Shown here: piece after piece, positions 19,701 to 28,774 of the stretch
Position numbering within the stretch: the first letter of the stretch is position 1
How the letters are laid out: every line of letters begins with the position of its first letter
Assembly: GCA_963845535.1 (NCBI GenBank)
Contig: CAWJSK010000021.1
Span: 1 to 64,000 of the forward strand
DNA: 64,000 nucleotides
Direction: 5' to 3'
Source of the DNA: an uncultured Spirochaetota bacterium
Lineage (GTDB): Bacteria > Spirochaetota > Spirochaetia > SZUA-6 > Fen-1364
Translations under genes and position numbers: made by a program
Notes under the pieces: model-generated
The model's input: the letters and a program-made list of their open reading frames with translations, nothing else
The model's database searches: none
What the model was told of the DNA's origin: nothing

Positions 19701-19828
19701 ACGAGGAGGATCACAGAAAAGCCGAAGATGAGCCGTATCCTGATCGAGCCCCGGGGAAACTCCTTCATGGCCGCCTGCTGCCCGGCTTTTCTGCTCATGC
19801 GCAAGTTCGCAATAAGGCGGGTTTTCAC
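16736..19828 (-). CDS. Hybrid sensor histidine kinase (duplicated helical periplasmic domain, HAMP, PAS, HisKA, HATPase, REC)
   Basis: Two TM segments, HAMP (GDLS..RRDEV..LADAFNEM), PAS (WIRQLHDED), GGVAHDFNNLL, GKGTGLGLS, receiver. Confidence 0.92.
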   Translation of the reverse strand: MKTRLIANLRMSRKAGQQAAMKEFPRGSIRIRLIFGFSVILLVLGAVLVSQIRLARSLSALRTELLESSQEMLAIRDVILHVSEVQAIVTNGVITQNFPEIQAEFARIETSALQDIAVVQRLSGESRLRPSAGTFAEDYLDYLAEFEKGVLPRLAQNESTKNRFSDALVIAAVVDDVNEIHLRIVDAIVRRESPDFTLNGDGASGATQKGFTAVRSLAEADKESLRRVVRPGEKIWADAFIEDFSLYLDTVERDVLPLLSTPADSASRENLAGLDVLIAELRRQALAPLGQIIESLQRDGFTATENMAALQSTERELARKRRAMLSTLQGINSALAEKVESTNGMISHWRNESTRLSLLIVAAGSLVALLIALLITRSITGPLAGIVLVARSVAHGDLSRTITVRRRDEVAVLADAFNEMKTAITNVLGETNSIIHAVRSGERSIRGRAEAFEGCWAELVTSVNSLTDAFIEATAELQSAKTSLEERVEARTRQLEAEITNARAERRIREDMEDRYRSLVEQLPAIHYIVEYGRVNRTVYISPQVTTILGFTPEEWLADPALWIRQLHDEDRDRVVAEVRDRDAHGEPLDLECRMNTRDGRVRWLHIRSAILGDQSGKVLIANGVMFDITERRRAEEMLRERDEQLLQAQKMDAIGRLAGGVAHDFNNLLTVISGYADLLTESLGARDAHHGEVEQIRNAATRAKSLTHQLLAFSRRQILQPKVMSINERVRGLEEMLRRLIGEHIRLETSLAGDLGSVRADPGQIEQVILNIAVNARDAMPDGGSLMIATANRSVAAGTRGDGGDILPPGDVPPGNYVMLSLKDTGEGMDEESRSRIFEPFFTTKGQGKGTGLGLSMVYGIVTQSKGFIQVESEPGKGADFRIFLPRVDARADGDTALPAAPAGKTASGTILLVEDEDTVRELVSSILSKAGYTVITASNGRHALSVAGSRSSCIDLMVTDMIMPEMGGRELANRMASVFPALRILYISGYTEDSILRRGALEEGVNFLRKPFSPRELLAMVDRVLQGK

Positions 19829-19858
19829 GAATCTCCCTCCCAGGTGCTCAGCATGTTA

Positions 19859-19874
19859 TGCAATTGGCATGCCA
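19859..19874 (-). promoter_or_regulatory. sigma-54 (-24/-12) promoter of the hybrid kinase
   Basis: Minus strand reads TGGCATGCCAATTGCA, 30 bp upstream of the GTG start, with a GGAGGGAG RBS. Confidence 0.7.
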
Positions 19875-20002
19875 GCCGTGAAGAGCCCCTCCGTGTTCCC
19901 CAAGTATCAATCACGTAAGGAATTGCATGGCTCAGTTTGGCTTGCCCCGGGCGGCTCCTGGCATTTTCGCTCAGATCGTTCCATTTCCGATGGAACACCG
20001 GT

Positions 20003-20047
20003 GGAACTAACGGAACTGCCGGGACTACCGGGACTTCCGGGACTTCC
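20003..20047. repeat. 9-bp tandem repeat x5 (approximately GGRACTNCC)
   Basis: GGAACTAAC GGAACTGCC GGGACTACC GGGACTTCC GGGACTTCC in a divergent intergenic region. Confidence 0.8.
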
Positions 20048-20093
20048 AACCAGAGCTGCGCTCGAGCGATTCCCATGATATAATGCCGTAACC

Positions 20094-20993
20094 ATGACAA
20101 CCTTCGAAGAGATAATGGAGAAAGCGCGCGAGGGAGGGCCTGTGCGCTTTGTTGTCGCGCAGGCTGCTGATGCAACAATCCTGGAAGCGCTTTCTCAGGC
20201 AGACAAAGCCGGCTTTGCCAGGCCGGTGCTGGTCGGTTCAGGAAACGAAATCAGGAAAGCGGCGAGGGAGCGTGACGTGTCCCTGGATGGCTGGGATATC
20301 GCTGAAGCGCCGACCACGGTGGAAGCAGCCGCGGAGGCTGTCAGGATAGTTGCCAAGGGGCAGGGAGACATCCTCGTAAAGGGGCTCATTCAGACCGCTG
20401 ACCTCCTGCACGCGGTCCTCAACAAGACCAACGGCCTGACCACGGGCCGAACGCTTTCCCACGTGGGCGTGTTCCGCTTCCCCGGGTCCGAGCGTCTGTT
20501 CTTCGTCACCGACGCGGCGCTCAGCATCGCCCCTGACTACCACCAGAAGATAGATATCGTTCAGAACGCGGTGGACGTCGCGCACCGGCTCGGAGTGCCG
20601 CAGCCAATCGTGGCCATATTGTGCGCCATTGAGACGGTCAATCCGGAGATGCCCGCTACCGTGGACGCGGCGTGCCTTGCCAAGATGGCGGAACGGGGGG
20701 CCATCCAAGGGGCGCGCGTCGAGGGCCCCCTTGCGCTGGACAACGCGGTAAGCGTGGAGGCTGCCCGGCACAAAGGCATTACCAGCGACCTGGCCGGTCG
20801 GGCAGATATCCTGGTGGCGCCGAACATCGAAGCTGCCAATATCCTGTACAAAGCGCTCATTTTCTTCGCAAAAGCCGAGGAAGCCGGCATTGTCATGGGA
20901 GCACGATGTCCCATCGTGCTGGCCTCTCGAAGCGACTCGGCGAGAAACAAGCTTTATTCCCTGGCGCTGGGGGCGCTGACGCGCTCAGGATAA
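20094..20993 (+). CDS. ptb: Phosphate butyryltransferase (phosphate acyltransferase family)
   Basis: LVKGLIQT, TDAA, AIETVNPEMPATVDAA, GPLALDNA, PNIEAANILYK, SRSD. Confidence 0.85.
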   Translation: MTTFEEIMEKAREGGPVRFVVAQAADATILEALSQADKAGFARPVLVGSGNEIRKAARERDVSLDGWDIAEAPTTVEAAAEAVRIVAKGQGDILVKGLIQTADLLHAVLNKTNGLTTGRTLSHVGVFRFPGSERLFFVTDAALSIAPDYHQKIDIVQNAVDVAHRLGVPQPIVAILCAIETVNPEMPATVDAACLAKMAERGAIQGARVEGPLALDNAVSVEAARHKGITSDLAGRADILVAPNIEAANILYKALIFFAKAEEAGIVMGARCPIVLASRSDSARNKLYSLALGALTRSG

Positions 20994-21123
20994 AGCCCTG
21001 TCATTGCCGCAGTGACTGAAATGTTACTCAAAAGTTAAGTTAAAATTTGATTTTTCTTACCTCGATTCATAAATTCATGTATACCCGTTACTTGATTTAC
21101 GTGCGATAGAGGAGGAAGCAAGC

Positions 21124-23178
21124 TTGCCGATTCTCTCGTCCACGCGGCGTCAGGTTGGCACAACGCCCTCACGCGTGCTCGCGGCGCTCTGCATAGCCAT
21201 AGGGTCTCTTGTTCTAGCGGGCTGGCTGTTCGACATCACGATGTTTACCCGCATCTTCCCCGCGTGGGCCAGCATGAAGTCCGAGACGGCGATTTCCCTC
21301 ATCCTGTGCGGGATATCTCTTGCTTTCTTCGAAGTCGAGCCGCGCCGTTTTGGAGCGAGCGTGCTCCGGCGCGGCCTTTCAAGAGGATTCGCCGCGGCCG
21401 CCGTCCTGCTCAACGCCGTGGTTCTCACGGAATACCTCTTCGGCTGGAGCCTCGGAATCGACCAACTGGCTTTCATTGATCCGCAGGCAGGCACGAGCTT
21501 CGTGCCCCCGGGAAGGACGCCCCCCGCGGCGGTGTTCAGTTACGTGTTGTTGGGATGCGCGCTGTTCCTGTTGAGTGCACACAGAAAACGCGCGCAGGCA
21601 ATCGCTCAAGCCCTGGCGTTGGGGACCGGCGCTCTCTCTTTCTTCTGTCTTTTGGGATATCTCTACGGGCCGCAGTCGCTGTACCGCATCGCGCCTTTCA
21701 CCTCCCTGGCGCTCCACACTTCCCTTGGCCTTGCCCTGCTGAGCGCGGGAGTCCTGCTGGCCCGCAGGGATGAGGCGCTCATGGCTACAGTCAGCGGGAA
21801 AAGCCCGGGGAGCCTCATGCTGCGGCGCCTCATGCTCTACACGCTCACCGTGCCCGCTGTCCTCGGATGGCTCCGCATGAGAGGAGAGCTGGCCGGACTC
21901 TACGACACGAGGTTCGGCCTGACCCTGCTGGTCATGTCGAACATCGTGCTTCTCACGCTGACCATCTGGGTGAACGCTCGGTCTCTCCAGCGGATGGACC
22001 AGAAACGCCGAGCCGCGGAGGAAGAACAGCGCGCGGCGGAAAAGCGCTATCGAAGCACGTTGGACCACATGATGGAGGGTTGCCAGATCATCGGCTTCGA
22101 CTGGCGGTACCTGTACGTGAACGGCGTCGCTGCCCGGCAAGGTCACGCGAAGAGCGAAGAGCTTGTCGGGCGCACCATGGAGGAAGTGTATCCGGGGATT
22201 CAGTCCACGGAGTTGTTTTCCCAGCTCCGGCGCTGCATGGAGGCCCGAGTCCCTCTGCGCATGGAGAACGAGTTCCACTATCCGGACGGGCAGAAAGGCT
22301 TGTTCACTCTCAGCATAGAGCCCGTACCCGAGGGGATCTTCATCCTCTCCTCCGATATCACCGAAGAGCGAAAGCTCGCGGAGGAGCTTTCGCGGCATCG
22401 CGGCCGGCTGGAAGAGCTGGTGAAGGAGCGAACAGCGCAGCTCGCCGCCGCGAACGGGGAGCTGGAGGCCTTTTCCTATTCGGTATCCCACGACCTGCGC
22501 GCGCCGCTGCGCCACGTTGGAGGGTTTGCCGACCTGCTCTCCCGGCGGGCCGAGGCGTCCCTGGATGAAGAAGGCAGAAGGTTCCTCGCGAAGATCAAAG
22601 AGGCGGCCGTCCAGATGGGCAGCCTCATTGACGACCTTCTGGTGTTCTCCCGCATGGGACGCGCGGAGCTGCGCGCCGTCACGGTCGACCTGGAGCGTAT
22701 GGCGCGCGACACCATCCAGAACCTGACGCAGCAGGACGGACAGAGAACGGTCCAATGGGAGATCGGCCAGCTCCCCACCGTCCAGGGAGATCCCGCCATG
22801 CTGCGCCTCGTGCTGCAGAACCTGATCGAGAACGCCTTGAAGTACACGAGGCCCCGGGAAAGGGCCGTGATCAACATCGCCGGCACCACGACGCCCGCCG
22901 AGGCCGTGGTCACCGTGCGGGACAACGGGGTGGGGTTCGACATGCGCTACGCGGACAAGCTGTTCGGAGTCTTTCAGCGCCTCCACCGGGCCGAGGAGTT
23001 CGAGGGCACGGGGATCGGTCTTGCCAACGTGCGGCGCATCGTCCAGCGCCACGGAGGAAGAACGTGGGCGGAGGGAGAGGTGGGAAAAGGGGCTGCCGTC
23101 TCCTTCTCACTGCCTGTGCAGCCCGCGGTGCCGCAACCCCCGGGGGCCGCGCAACCCCCGGTGCTGACGCCACCCTAG
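21124..23178 (+). CDS. Membrane PAS sensor histidine kinase
   Basis: Multi-TM N-terminus, PAS, FSYSVSHDLRAPLR, NALKYT, DNGVGF, GTGIGLA. Confidence 0.9.
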   Translation: MPILSSTRRQVGTTPSRVLAALCIAIGSLVLAGWLFDITMFTRIFPAWASMKSETAISLILCGISLAFFEVEPRRFGASVLRRGLSRGFAAAAVLLNAVVLTEYLFGWSLGIDQLAFIDPQAGTSFVPPGRTPPAAVFSYVLLGCALFLLSAHRKRAQAIAQALALGTGALSFFCLLGYLYGPQSLYRIAPFTSLALHTSLGLALLSAGVLLARRDEALMATVSGKSPGSLMLRRLMLYTLTVPAVLGWLRMRGELAGLYDTRFGLTLLVMSNIVLLTLTIWVNARSLQRMDQKRRAAEEEQRAAEKRYRSTLDHMMEGCQIIGFDWRYLYVNGVAARQGHAKSEELVGRTMEEVYPGIQSTELFSQLRRCMEARVPLRMENEFHYPDGQKGLFTLSIEPVPEGIFILSSDITEERKLAEELSRHRGRLEELVKERTAQLAAANGELEAFSYSVSHDLRAPLRHVGGFADLLSRRAEASLDEEGRRFLAKIKEAAVQMGSLIDDLLVFSRMGRAELRAVTVDLERMARDTIQNLTQQDGQRTVQWEIGQLPTVQGDPAMLRLVLQNLIENALKYTRPRERAVINIAGTTTPAEAVVTVRDNGVGFDMRYADKLFGVFQRLHRAEEFEGTGIGLANVRRIVQRHGGRTWAEGEVGKGAAVSFSLPVQPAVPQPPGAAQPPVLTPP

Positions 23179-23193
23179 AGAGGAGAGCATCGC

Positions 23194-23640
23194 GTGAGCG
23201 ACCTGAAACGCATCCTCTATGCGGAGGACAATCCCAACGACGTGGAGCTGACCCTGGCCGCGCTGGCGGAGTGCAACCTCGCCAACAAGGTGGACGTGGT
23301 GCGGGACGGCCAGGAGGTCCTCGAATACCTCGCCTCCGAGGGCGCCTTTTCCGGGCGCGGCGGCGGTCTTCCCATCCTCGTGCTCCTGGACCTCAAGATG
23401 CCCCGGGTGGACGGGATCGAGGTGCTGAAGCGCCTGAAAGGGGATGAGAAGCTCAGGACCATACCGGTGGTCATGCTGACCTCCTCTCGCGAAGAGAAAG
23501 ACCTCGTGGAAAGCTATCGCCTCGGAGTGAACGCCTATGTCGTGAAACCGATCGGGTTCTCCGAGTTCATCGAAGCCGTCAAGCAACTGGGGGTTTTCTG
23601 GGCGATCATGAACGAGGTCCCCGGTCCGCACGCACCTTGA
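23194..23640 (+). CDS. Single-domain response regulator (Rcp1-like)
   Basis: EDNPND, LLDLKMP, VMLTSS, AYVVKP. Confidence 0.93.
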   Translation: MSDLKRILYAEDNPNDVELTLAALAECNLANKVDVVRDGQEVLEYLASEGAFSGRGGGLPILVLLDLKMPRVDGIEVLKRLKGDEKLRTIPVVMLTSSREEKDLVESYRLGVNAYVVKPIGFSEFIEAVKQLGVFWAIMNEVPGPHAP

Positions 23641-23682
23641 GAGCGTCAACGGAAAACCGCGGTCGTGATGGAGGAAAGAAAG

Positions 23683-25680
23683 ATGCACGCCGAGAAGGTA
23701 CTGAGAATACTGCACGTCGAAGACAGCGCGCTTGACGCCGAGCTGGTCCGGGCCGCCCTGGAGGAGCAGGGGATATCGGCGTCCTGGGTGCAGGTGCAAA
23801 ACCGTGACGATTTCCTGCGCGCCATGGAGAGCGGAGAGTACGACCTCATCATCTCCGATTATTCGATGCCTTCTTTCGACGGCCTCACCGCTCTTTCCCT
23901 GGCAAAAGAAAAGAAGCCCGAAGTCCCTTTCATCTACCTCTCGGGCACCATTGGTGAGGAGCGCGCCGTGGAGGCGCTCCAGAACGGCGCAACGGATTAC
24001 GTGCTGAAGGACCGGATGTTCCGGCTCGGCGCCGTGATCCGCCGTTCCATGAGGGACGCCGCGCTGAGAGCTCAGAAGCGGCTCGTGGAAGAACAGCTTC
24101 ATACCACGTTCGCCCGGCTCCAGCAACTCATGGCCGCCAGCCCGACGATCATCTATTCCGCGCCGTTCCCTCCGGGGCCGCTCGCGTCATTTGTCAGTGA
24201 AAACGTCCGCTCATGGTTCGGGTATGATCCGGAAGAGTTCGTGCGCAGTCCAGACTTCTGGATGTCGCGCGTCCATCCCGAAGACAAAGCCGGCATGCTT
24301 TCCCGCCTGCAGGCTCTTGGCCGCGAGGAGCCGGGGTCCATCAGCTATCGATTCCAGCATGCTGACGGAACATGGCGATGGGTGGAAGATCACATGAATC
24401 TGGTCCGGGATGAGGCAGGCCGTCCCCGGGAAATCGTGGGATCCTGGACGGACATCACGGATGCCCGACGGATGCAGGAAGACGTGGCGAGGATGGAGCA
24501 GCAGTTCCATCAGGCGCAGAAGCTCGAAGCCATCGGCAGCCTCGCCGGCGGCGTTGCGCATGACTTCAACAACATCCTCATGGTCATCCTGAGCTACAGC
24601 GGCTTTATCCTGGGGAAGCTCCCGAAAGACAGCCCGCTTCGGCGCGAGGTGGAGGAGATCCAGAAAGCCGGCAACAGGGCCGCTGACCTCACGCATCAAC
24701 TCCTTGCATTCAGCAGAAAGGAAACGGTGAATCCCCGAAGCTTCGACCCCCGGGAGGCGGTGCAGAACCTCTCCAAGATGCTGGCGCGGTTGATCGGGGA
24801 CAACATCACGCTCAACCTCGAGCTGGGCCGGGAGCCCGGATTCATCTTTTGTGATCCCTCGCAATTCGACCAGGTCCTCATCAACCTCGTCGTCAACGCC
24901 CGGGACGCCATGCCCGGCGGCGGGCAGATCGACATCGAGATCCTCGTAACCCCGCATGATGAGTGCTGCATTTCCGTGAAGGATACGGGCACCGGCATGT
25001 CGCGTGAAGTCATGAGCCGGATCTTCGAGCCTTTCTTCACGACGAAGCCGGCGGGACAAGGGACCGGGCTCGGCCTCTCGATGGTCTACGGCGCAGTGCA
25101 GCAGAACAAAGGGCGCATCATCGTGGAGAGCGAGGTCGGGAAAGGCACACAGATGCGCGTCTATTTCAAGCGCGCGGCCGCTCCAGGAACCGCGTCGGGG
25201 CGTCCCAGGCCGGCGGAGGAGCGGCCGGGCCTCGGCAAGACGCTTCTGCTGGTGGAGAACGACCACAGTGTTCGGCAGGCAACAGTCCGGCTTCTGGAGG
25301 GCCTCGGCTTCACTGTCGTTGAAGCTGCCGGCGGGGAGACGGCGCTCGCGCTCTTTGCCGTGCGAAAAGAGGAGATCGATGGTGTCGTGACCGACGTGAT
25401 CATGCCGGGGATGAGCGGACTGCAGCTCGCAAAGAGCATGCTCGCGGCGCGAGACAGCCTCCCCATCGTCTTCTGCACCGGATACATTGGGGAGGTCGAG
25501 ATGGTGGAGCGTGAGATGGGGGCCGGGATGCCGGTTGTCCAGAAGCCTTTCGACGGCCGCATTTTCATGGAAAGCCTCGGTGCAGCCTTCGCGCGGGACG
25601 GCGCGTTTGCGCAGGCGCGCGGCGACGTTGACGCGCTCAGGACAAAGGACTCACCCCCGCGGAAGGACGCACCGGTTTGA
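23683..25680 (+). CDS. Hybrid kinase REC-PAS-HisKA-HATPase-REC
   Basis: N-terminal receiver, PAS (RVHPED), GGVAHDFNNIL, GQGTGLGLS, C-terminal receiver. GGAGG RBS before ATG 23683. Confidence 0.9.
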   Translation: MHAEKVLRILHVEDSALDAELVRAALEEQGISASWVQVQNRDDFLRAMESGEYDLIISDYSMPSFDGLTALSLAKEKKPEVPFIYLSGTIGEERAVEALQNGATDYVLKDRMFRLGAVIRRSMRDAALRAQKRLVEEQLHTTFARLQQLMAASPTIIYSAPFPPGPLASFVSENVRSWFGYDPEEFVRSPDFWMSRVHPEDKAGMLSRLQALGREEPGSISYRFQHADGTWRWVEDHMNLVRDEAGRPREIVGSWTDITDARRMQEDVARMEQQFHQAQKLEAIGSLAGGVAHDFNNILMVILSYSGFILGKLPKDSPLRREVEEIQKAGNRAADLTHQLLAFSRKETVNPRSFDPREAVQNLSKMLARLIGDNITLNLELGREPGFIFCDPSQFDQVLINLVVNARDAMPGGGQIDIEILVTPHDECCISVKDTGTGMSREVMSRIFEPFFTTKPAGQGTGLGLSMVYGAVQQNKGRIIVESEVGKGTQMRVYFKRAAAPGTASGRPRPAEERPGLGKTLLLVENDHSVRQATVRLLEGLGFTVVEAAGGETALALFAVRKEEIDGVVTDVIMPGMSGLQLAKSMLAARDSLPIVFCTGYIGEVEMVEREMGAGMPVVQKPFDGRIFMESLGAAFARDGAFAQARGDVDALRTKDSPPRKDAPV

Positions 25681-26756
25681 CAACCCGCGCGCTTGCCGAT
25701 GACAGGGAGTACAGGGTACTGATCGTCGACGATGAACCGTTCAACAGGGACGTATTCAGCCGGCTCTTGAAGCTCAACGGGTACGCGACCCAAGTGGCGG
25801 AAAACGGCCGGGCGGCCCTGGATGTCATTCGCCGGGGCCTTCCGGACCTCATCCTGCTCGACTTGGAGATGCCGGAAATGAATGGACTGGAGTTGCTGAA
25901 AGCGCTCAAGGCGGATGAAAGCACGCGCTCCGTCCCGGCCATCATCGTGACCGGCCTCACGGACCGCGAATCACGCATGCAGGCGCTTCACCAGGGGGCT
26001 GCTGACTTCCTCCTCAAGCCGGTGGATGAGTCCGAGCTTGCCGTCAGGGTCCGCAACCATCTCCGTTTGAAGGCTTACGGAGACCTCCTGAAGGAGCACG
26101 CCTCCACATTGGAGCACCTTGTGGACGATCGGACCGCGCAGCTTCGGGACAGCTACCGGGAGACGATCTATCTCCTGACAAGCGCGTCGGAGTACCGTGA
26201 CGAAGACACCGGCATTCACGTGCGCCGCGTCAGCTACTTCACCTCGGAGATCGCCCGCTGCCTGGGAATGGCGGAAGACTTCATCGACTGCATCTTCTAC
26301 GCGAGCCCGATGCACGATATTGGAAAGATCGCCGTGCCTGACAAGATACTCTACAAGCAGGCGCCGCTGGATCCCGACGAGTGGGCCGTCATGAAGAGCC
26401 ACACAACCACGGGGAAGCGGATCCTGGAAAAGGGGACGGCCGCGTACGTCCGCATGGGCGCGGAAATCGCGGAGTCCCACCACGAGCGGTGGGACGGCAG
26501 CGGGTATCCGCACGGGCTTGTCGGAGAGCAGATTCCTCCTTCCGGGTGCATCATGAGCATCTGCGACTCGTACGACGCACTCCGGAGCAAGCGCCCGTAC
26601 AAGAAAGCGTTCAGCCACGAGGAGACGGTGCGGGTCATCACCGAGGGAGACGGAAGGACCGACCCGCGGCACTTCCGGCCCGACGTGCTGTCCGCATTCA
26701 CCGAGTGTCGGGAGAAGTTCCGCGAGATTTACGCCGCGCAGACCCATGCCGCATGA
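25677..26756 (+). CDS. REC + HD-GYP cyclic-dinucleotide phosphodiesterase (RpfG-like)
   Basis: HDIGK, HHERWDGSGYP, D.YDAL..RPYK. Confidence 0.92.
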   Translation: MTTRALADDREYRVLIVDDEPFNRDVFSRLLKLNGYATQVAENGRAALDVIRRGLPDLILLDLEMPEMNGLELLKALKADESTRSVPAIIVTGLTDRESRMQALHQGAADFLLKPVDESELAVRVRNHLRLKAYGDLLKEHASTLEHLVDDRTAQLRDSYRETIYLLTSASEYRDEDTGIHVRRVSYFTSEIARCLGMAEDFIDCIFYASPMHDIGKIAVPDKILYKQAPLDPDEWAVMKSHTTTGKRILEKGTAAYVRMGAEIAESHHERWDGSGYPHGLVGEQIPPSGCIMSICDSYDALRSKRPYKKAFSHEETVRVITEGDGRTDPRHFRPDVLSAFTECREKFREIYAAQTHAA

Positions 26757-26779
26757 CCGGGATCACGCGAAGGGCAATG

Positions 26780-28021
26780 CTAGTCCTTGAACTCCTTGAA
26801 TACCACGATGGCGTTGTGACCGCCGAAGCCGAGCGCGTTGGACATTGCCGCCCGGATGCGCCCCGTGTACCCCGCGTGCGGCACATAGTCCAGGTCGCAC
26901 TCCGGGTCGGGGTTGTCCAGGTTCCTCGTGGGGGGAAAGAACTGGTCAAGCAGCGCTTTCACCGTCACAATGGCCTCGACCCCACCCGCCGCTCCGAGCA
27001 GGTGGCCGGTCATCGACTTGGTGGATGACACCTTCAGCTTTGCAGCGTGCTCCCCGAAGACCGCCTTGATGACCCGTGTCTCGATGGGATCATTGATCTG
27101 CGTCGACGTCCCGTGGGCGTTGACGTAATCGATGTCCCCCGGCGCGAGCCCCGCGGAGTCAAGGGCGTTCACCATGGCCCTGATTGCCCCGCGCCCTTCG
27201 GGATGCGGCGCGGTGAGATGATTCGCGTCGCAGGTGGCCCCGTATCCCGCCATCTCCGCCAGGATATGCGCGCCTCTCTTGCGGGCGTGTTCCAGCTCCT
27301 CGAGCACGAGGACCCCGGCGCCCTCCGCCATGATGAACCCGTCCCTGTCGCGGTCGAACGGGCGGCTTGCCTTGTCCGGTTCGTCGTTTCGGGTGCTGAC
27401 GGCCTGCAGGGAGCAGAAACCCGAGTAGCCCAGCCCGGTAAGAGGAGCCTCGGTTCCGCCCGCGAGCATCACCTCCGCGTCCCCGTCACGGATCAACCGC
27501 CAGGCGTCACCGAGGGCGTCATTCGACGACGCGCACGCCGTGACCACGCAGCGGCACGGGCCGAAGGCCTTCAGGCGGATAGCGACGTTGCCGGGGGCCT
27601 CGTTGGCAATCATCATGGGAACGAACAGGGGATGGACGGACTTGGGGCCCTTCTCGAAAATTCGCCGGCATTGCGCCTCCAGCGTCTCAATGCCGCCAAT
27701 GCCGTTTCCCAGGATGATCCCGAAGCGCTCGGGATCAGTGTCTCCCACGGCAAGCTTCGCGTCAGCCATGGCTTCCAGGGACGCAACCATGGCGAACTGC
27801 GTGAAACGGTCCATTCGGCGCGCCTCTTTGGCCTCCAGGAGCCTCTCGGGCACAAAGTCCTTGACTTCCCCGGCAACCTTGGACGTGTAGCCGTTGGACT
27901 CGAACCGCGTGAGCTTGCCAATCCCGTTTTCCCCCGCTTGTATGGCTTTCCAGAAATCATTCACGTTGTTCCCGAGGGGATTCACGGTCCCCATCCCGGT
28001 CACGACAACCCTTCTCTTCAT
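26780..28021 (-). CDS. fabF: Beta-ketoacyl-ACP synthase II
   Basis: VTACASS, NAHGTST, KSMTGHLLGAAG, NALGFGGHN. Confidence 0.96.
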   Translation of the reverse strand: MKRRVVVTGMGTVNPLGNNVNDFWKAIQAGENGIGKLTRFESNGYTSKVAGEVKDFVPERLLEAKEARRMDRFTQFAMVASLEAMADAKLAVGDTDPERFGIILGNGIGGIETLEAQCRRIFEKGPKSVHPLFVPMMIANEAPGNVAIRLKAFGPCRCVVTACASSNDALGDAWRLIRDGDAEVMLAGGTEAPLTGLGYSGFCSLQAVSTRNDEPDKASRPFDRDRDGFIMAEGAGVLVLEELEHARKRGAHILAEMAGYGATCDANHLTAPHPEGRGAIRAMVNALDSAGLAPGDIDYVNAHGTSTQINDPIETRVIKAVFGEHAAKLKVSSTKSMTGHLLGAAGGVEAIVTVKALLDQFFPPTRNLDNPDPECDLDYVPHAGYTGRIRAAMSNALGFGGHNAIVVFKEFKD

Positions 28022-28033
28022 GCTGACTCCTCT

Positions 28034-28774
28034 TTACATGGACATCCCGCCGTCGACGGGAAAGACCTGCCCCGTGATATACGCGGCTTTGTCTGAGGCA
28101 AGAAAAGCGGCAAGCGCCGCCACCTCCTCTGCGGTTCCCGGCCTTCCCAGGGGGATCAGGGAAAGCAGCCCTTCGCGGGCCTTTTCGGGAAGCGCCTTCG
28201 TCATATCTGTTTCGATGAAGCCCGGGGCAATTGCATTCACACGGACTCCTCGTGAGGCGACTTCGCGGGCCAGGCTCTTGGAAAGGCCGATGAGCCCCGC
28301 CTTGGAGGCGGAGTAGTTGGTCTGCCCCGCGTTGCCCATGATGCCGCTTACCGAGGAAATATTCACTATGGAGCCCGCCTTCTGCCTGATCATGAACCGG
28401 GCCAGAAGCCGCGATGCGAAAAACGCCGCGGTGAGGTTTGCGGTGAGCACGGAGCTCCAGTCAGCGCTGGACATGCGGAAGATCAACCCGTCACGCGTGA
28501 TGCCGGCATTGTTGACCAGCACTTCCACGGTGCCGGCGTCCGCCACAACTTTCTCCAGAGCGCCGACGATCTCCTGTTCTACCGTGACGTCCGCCTGTCT
28601 CCAGAAAAAGCGGCTCCCGCCAACGGCCATTGCTTCGAGCTCCGCCAGATTCTCTGGCTCCGAGCGCGACACCGCGTAGACGGTTGCCCCTTCCCGCAGG
28701 AACTCGCGGACAATCGCGTTGCCGATTCCCCGTGAGCCCCCCGTCACGACGGCCCGCTTTCCCTCGAGGAGCAT
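28034..28774 (-). CDS. fabG: 3-oxoacyl-ACP reductase
   Basis: TGGSRGIG, NNAGITRD, NYSASKAG. TGATG overlap with fabD. Confidence 0.95.
   Translation of the reverse strand: MLLEGKRAVVTGGSRGIGNAIVREFLREGATVYAVSRSEPENLAELEAMAVGGSRFFWRQADVTVEQEIVGALEKVVADAGTVEVLVNNAGITRDGLIFRMSSADWSSVLTANLTAAFFASRLLARFMIRQKAGSIVNISSVSGIMGNAGQTNYSASKAGLIGLSKSLAREVASRGVRVNAIAPGFIETDMTKALPEKAREGLLSLIPLGRPGTAEEVAALAAFLASDKAAYITGQVFPVDGGMSM

Noticed and set aside
17837..19918. Long antisense ORFs (e.g. 17837-19918, 1519-2916, 21379-23052, 39914-41263, 61830-63596)
   Set aside because: They lie opposite well-supported genes and have no motifs. They are expected shadows of high-GC codon bias.
20003..20047. Possible CRISPR-like array
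   Set aside because: 9-bp contiguous units with no spacers, and no cas genes in the window.
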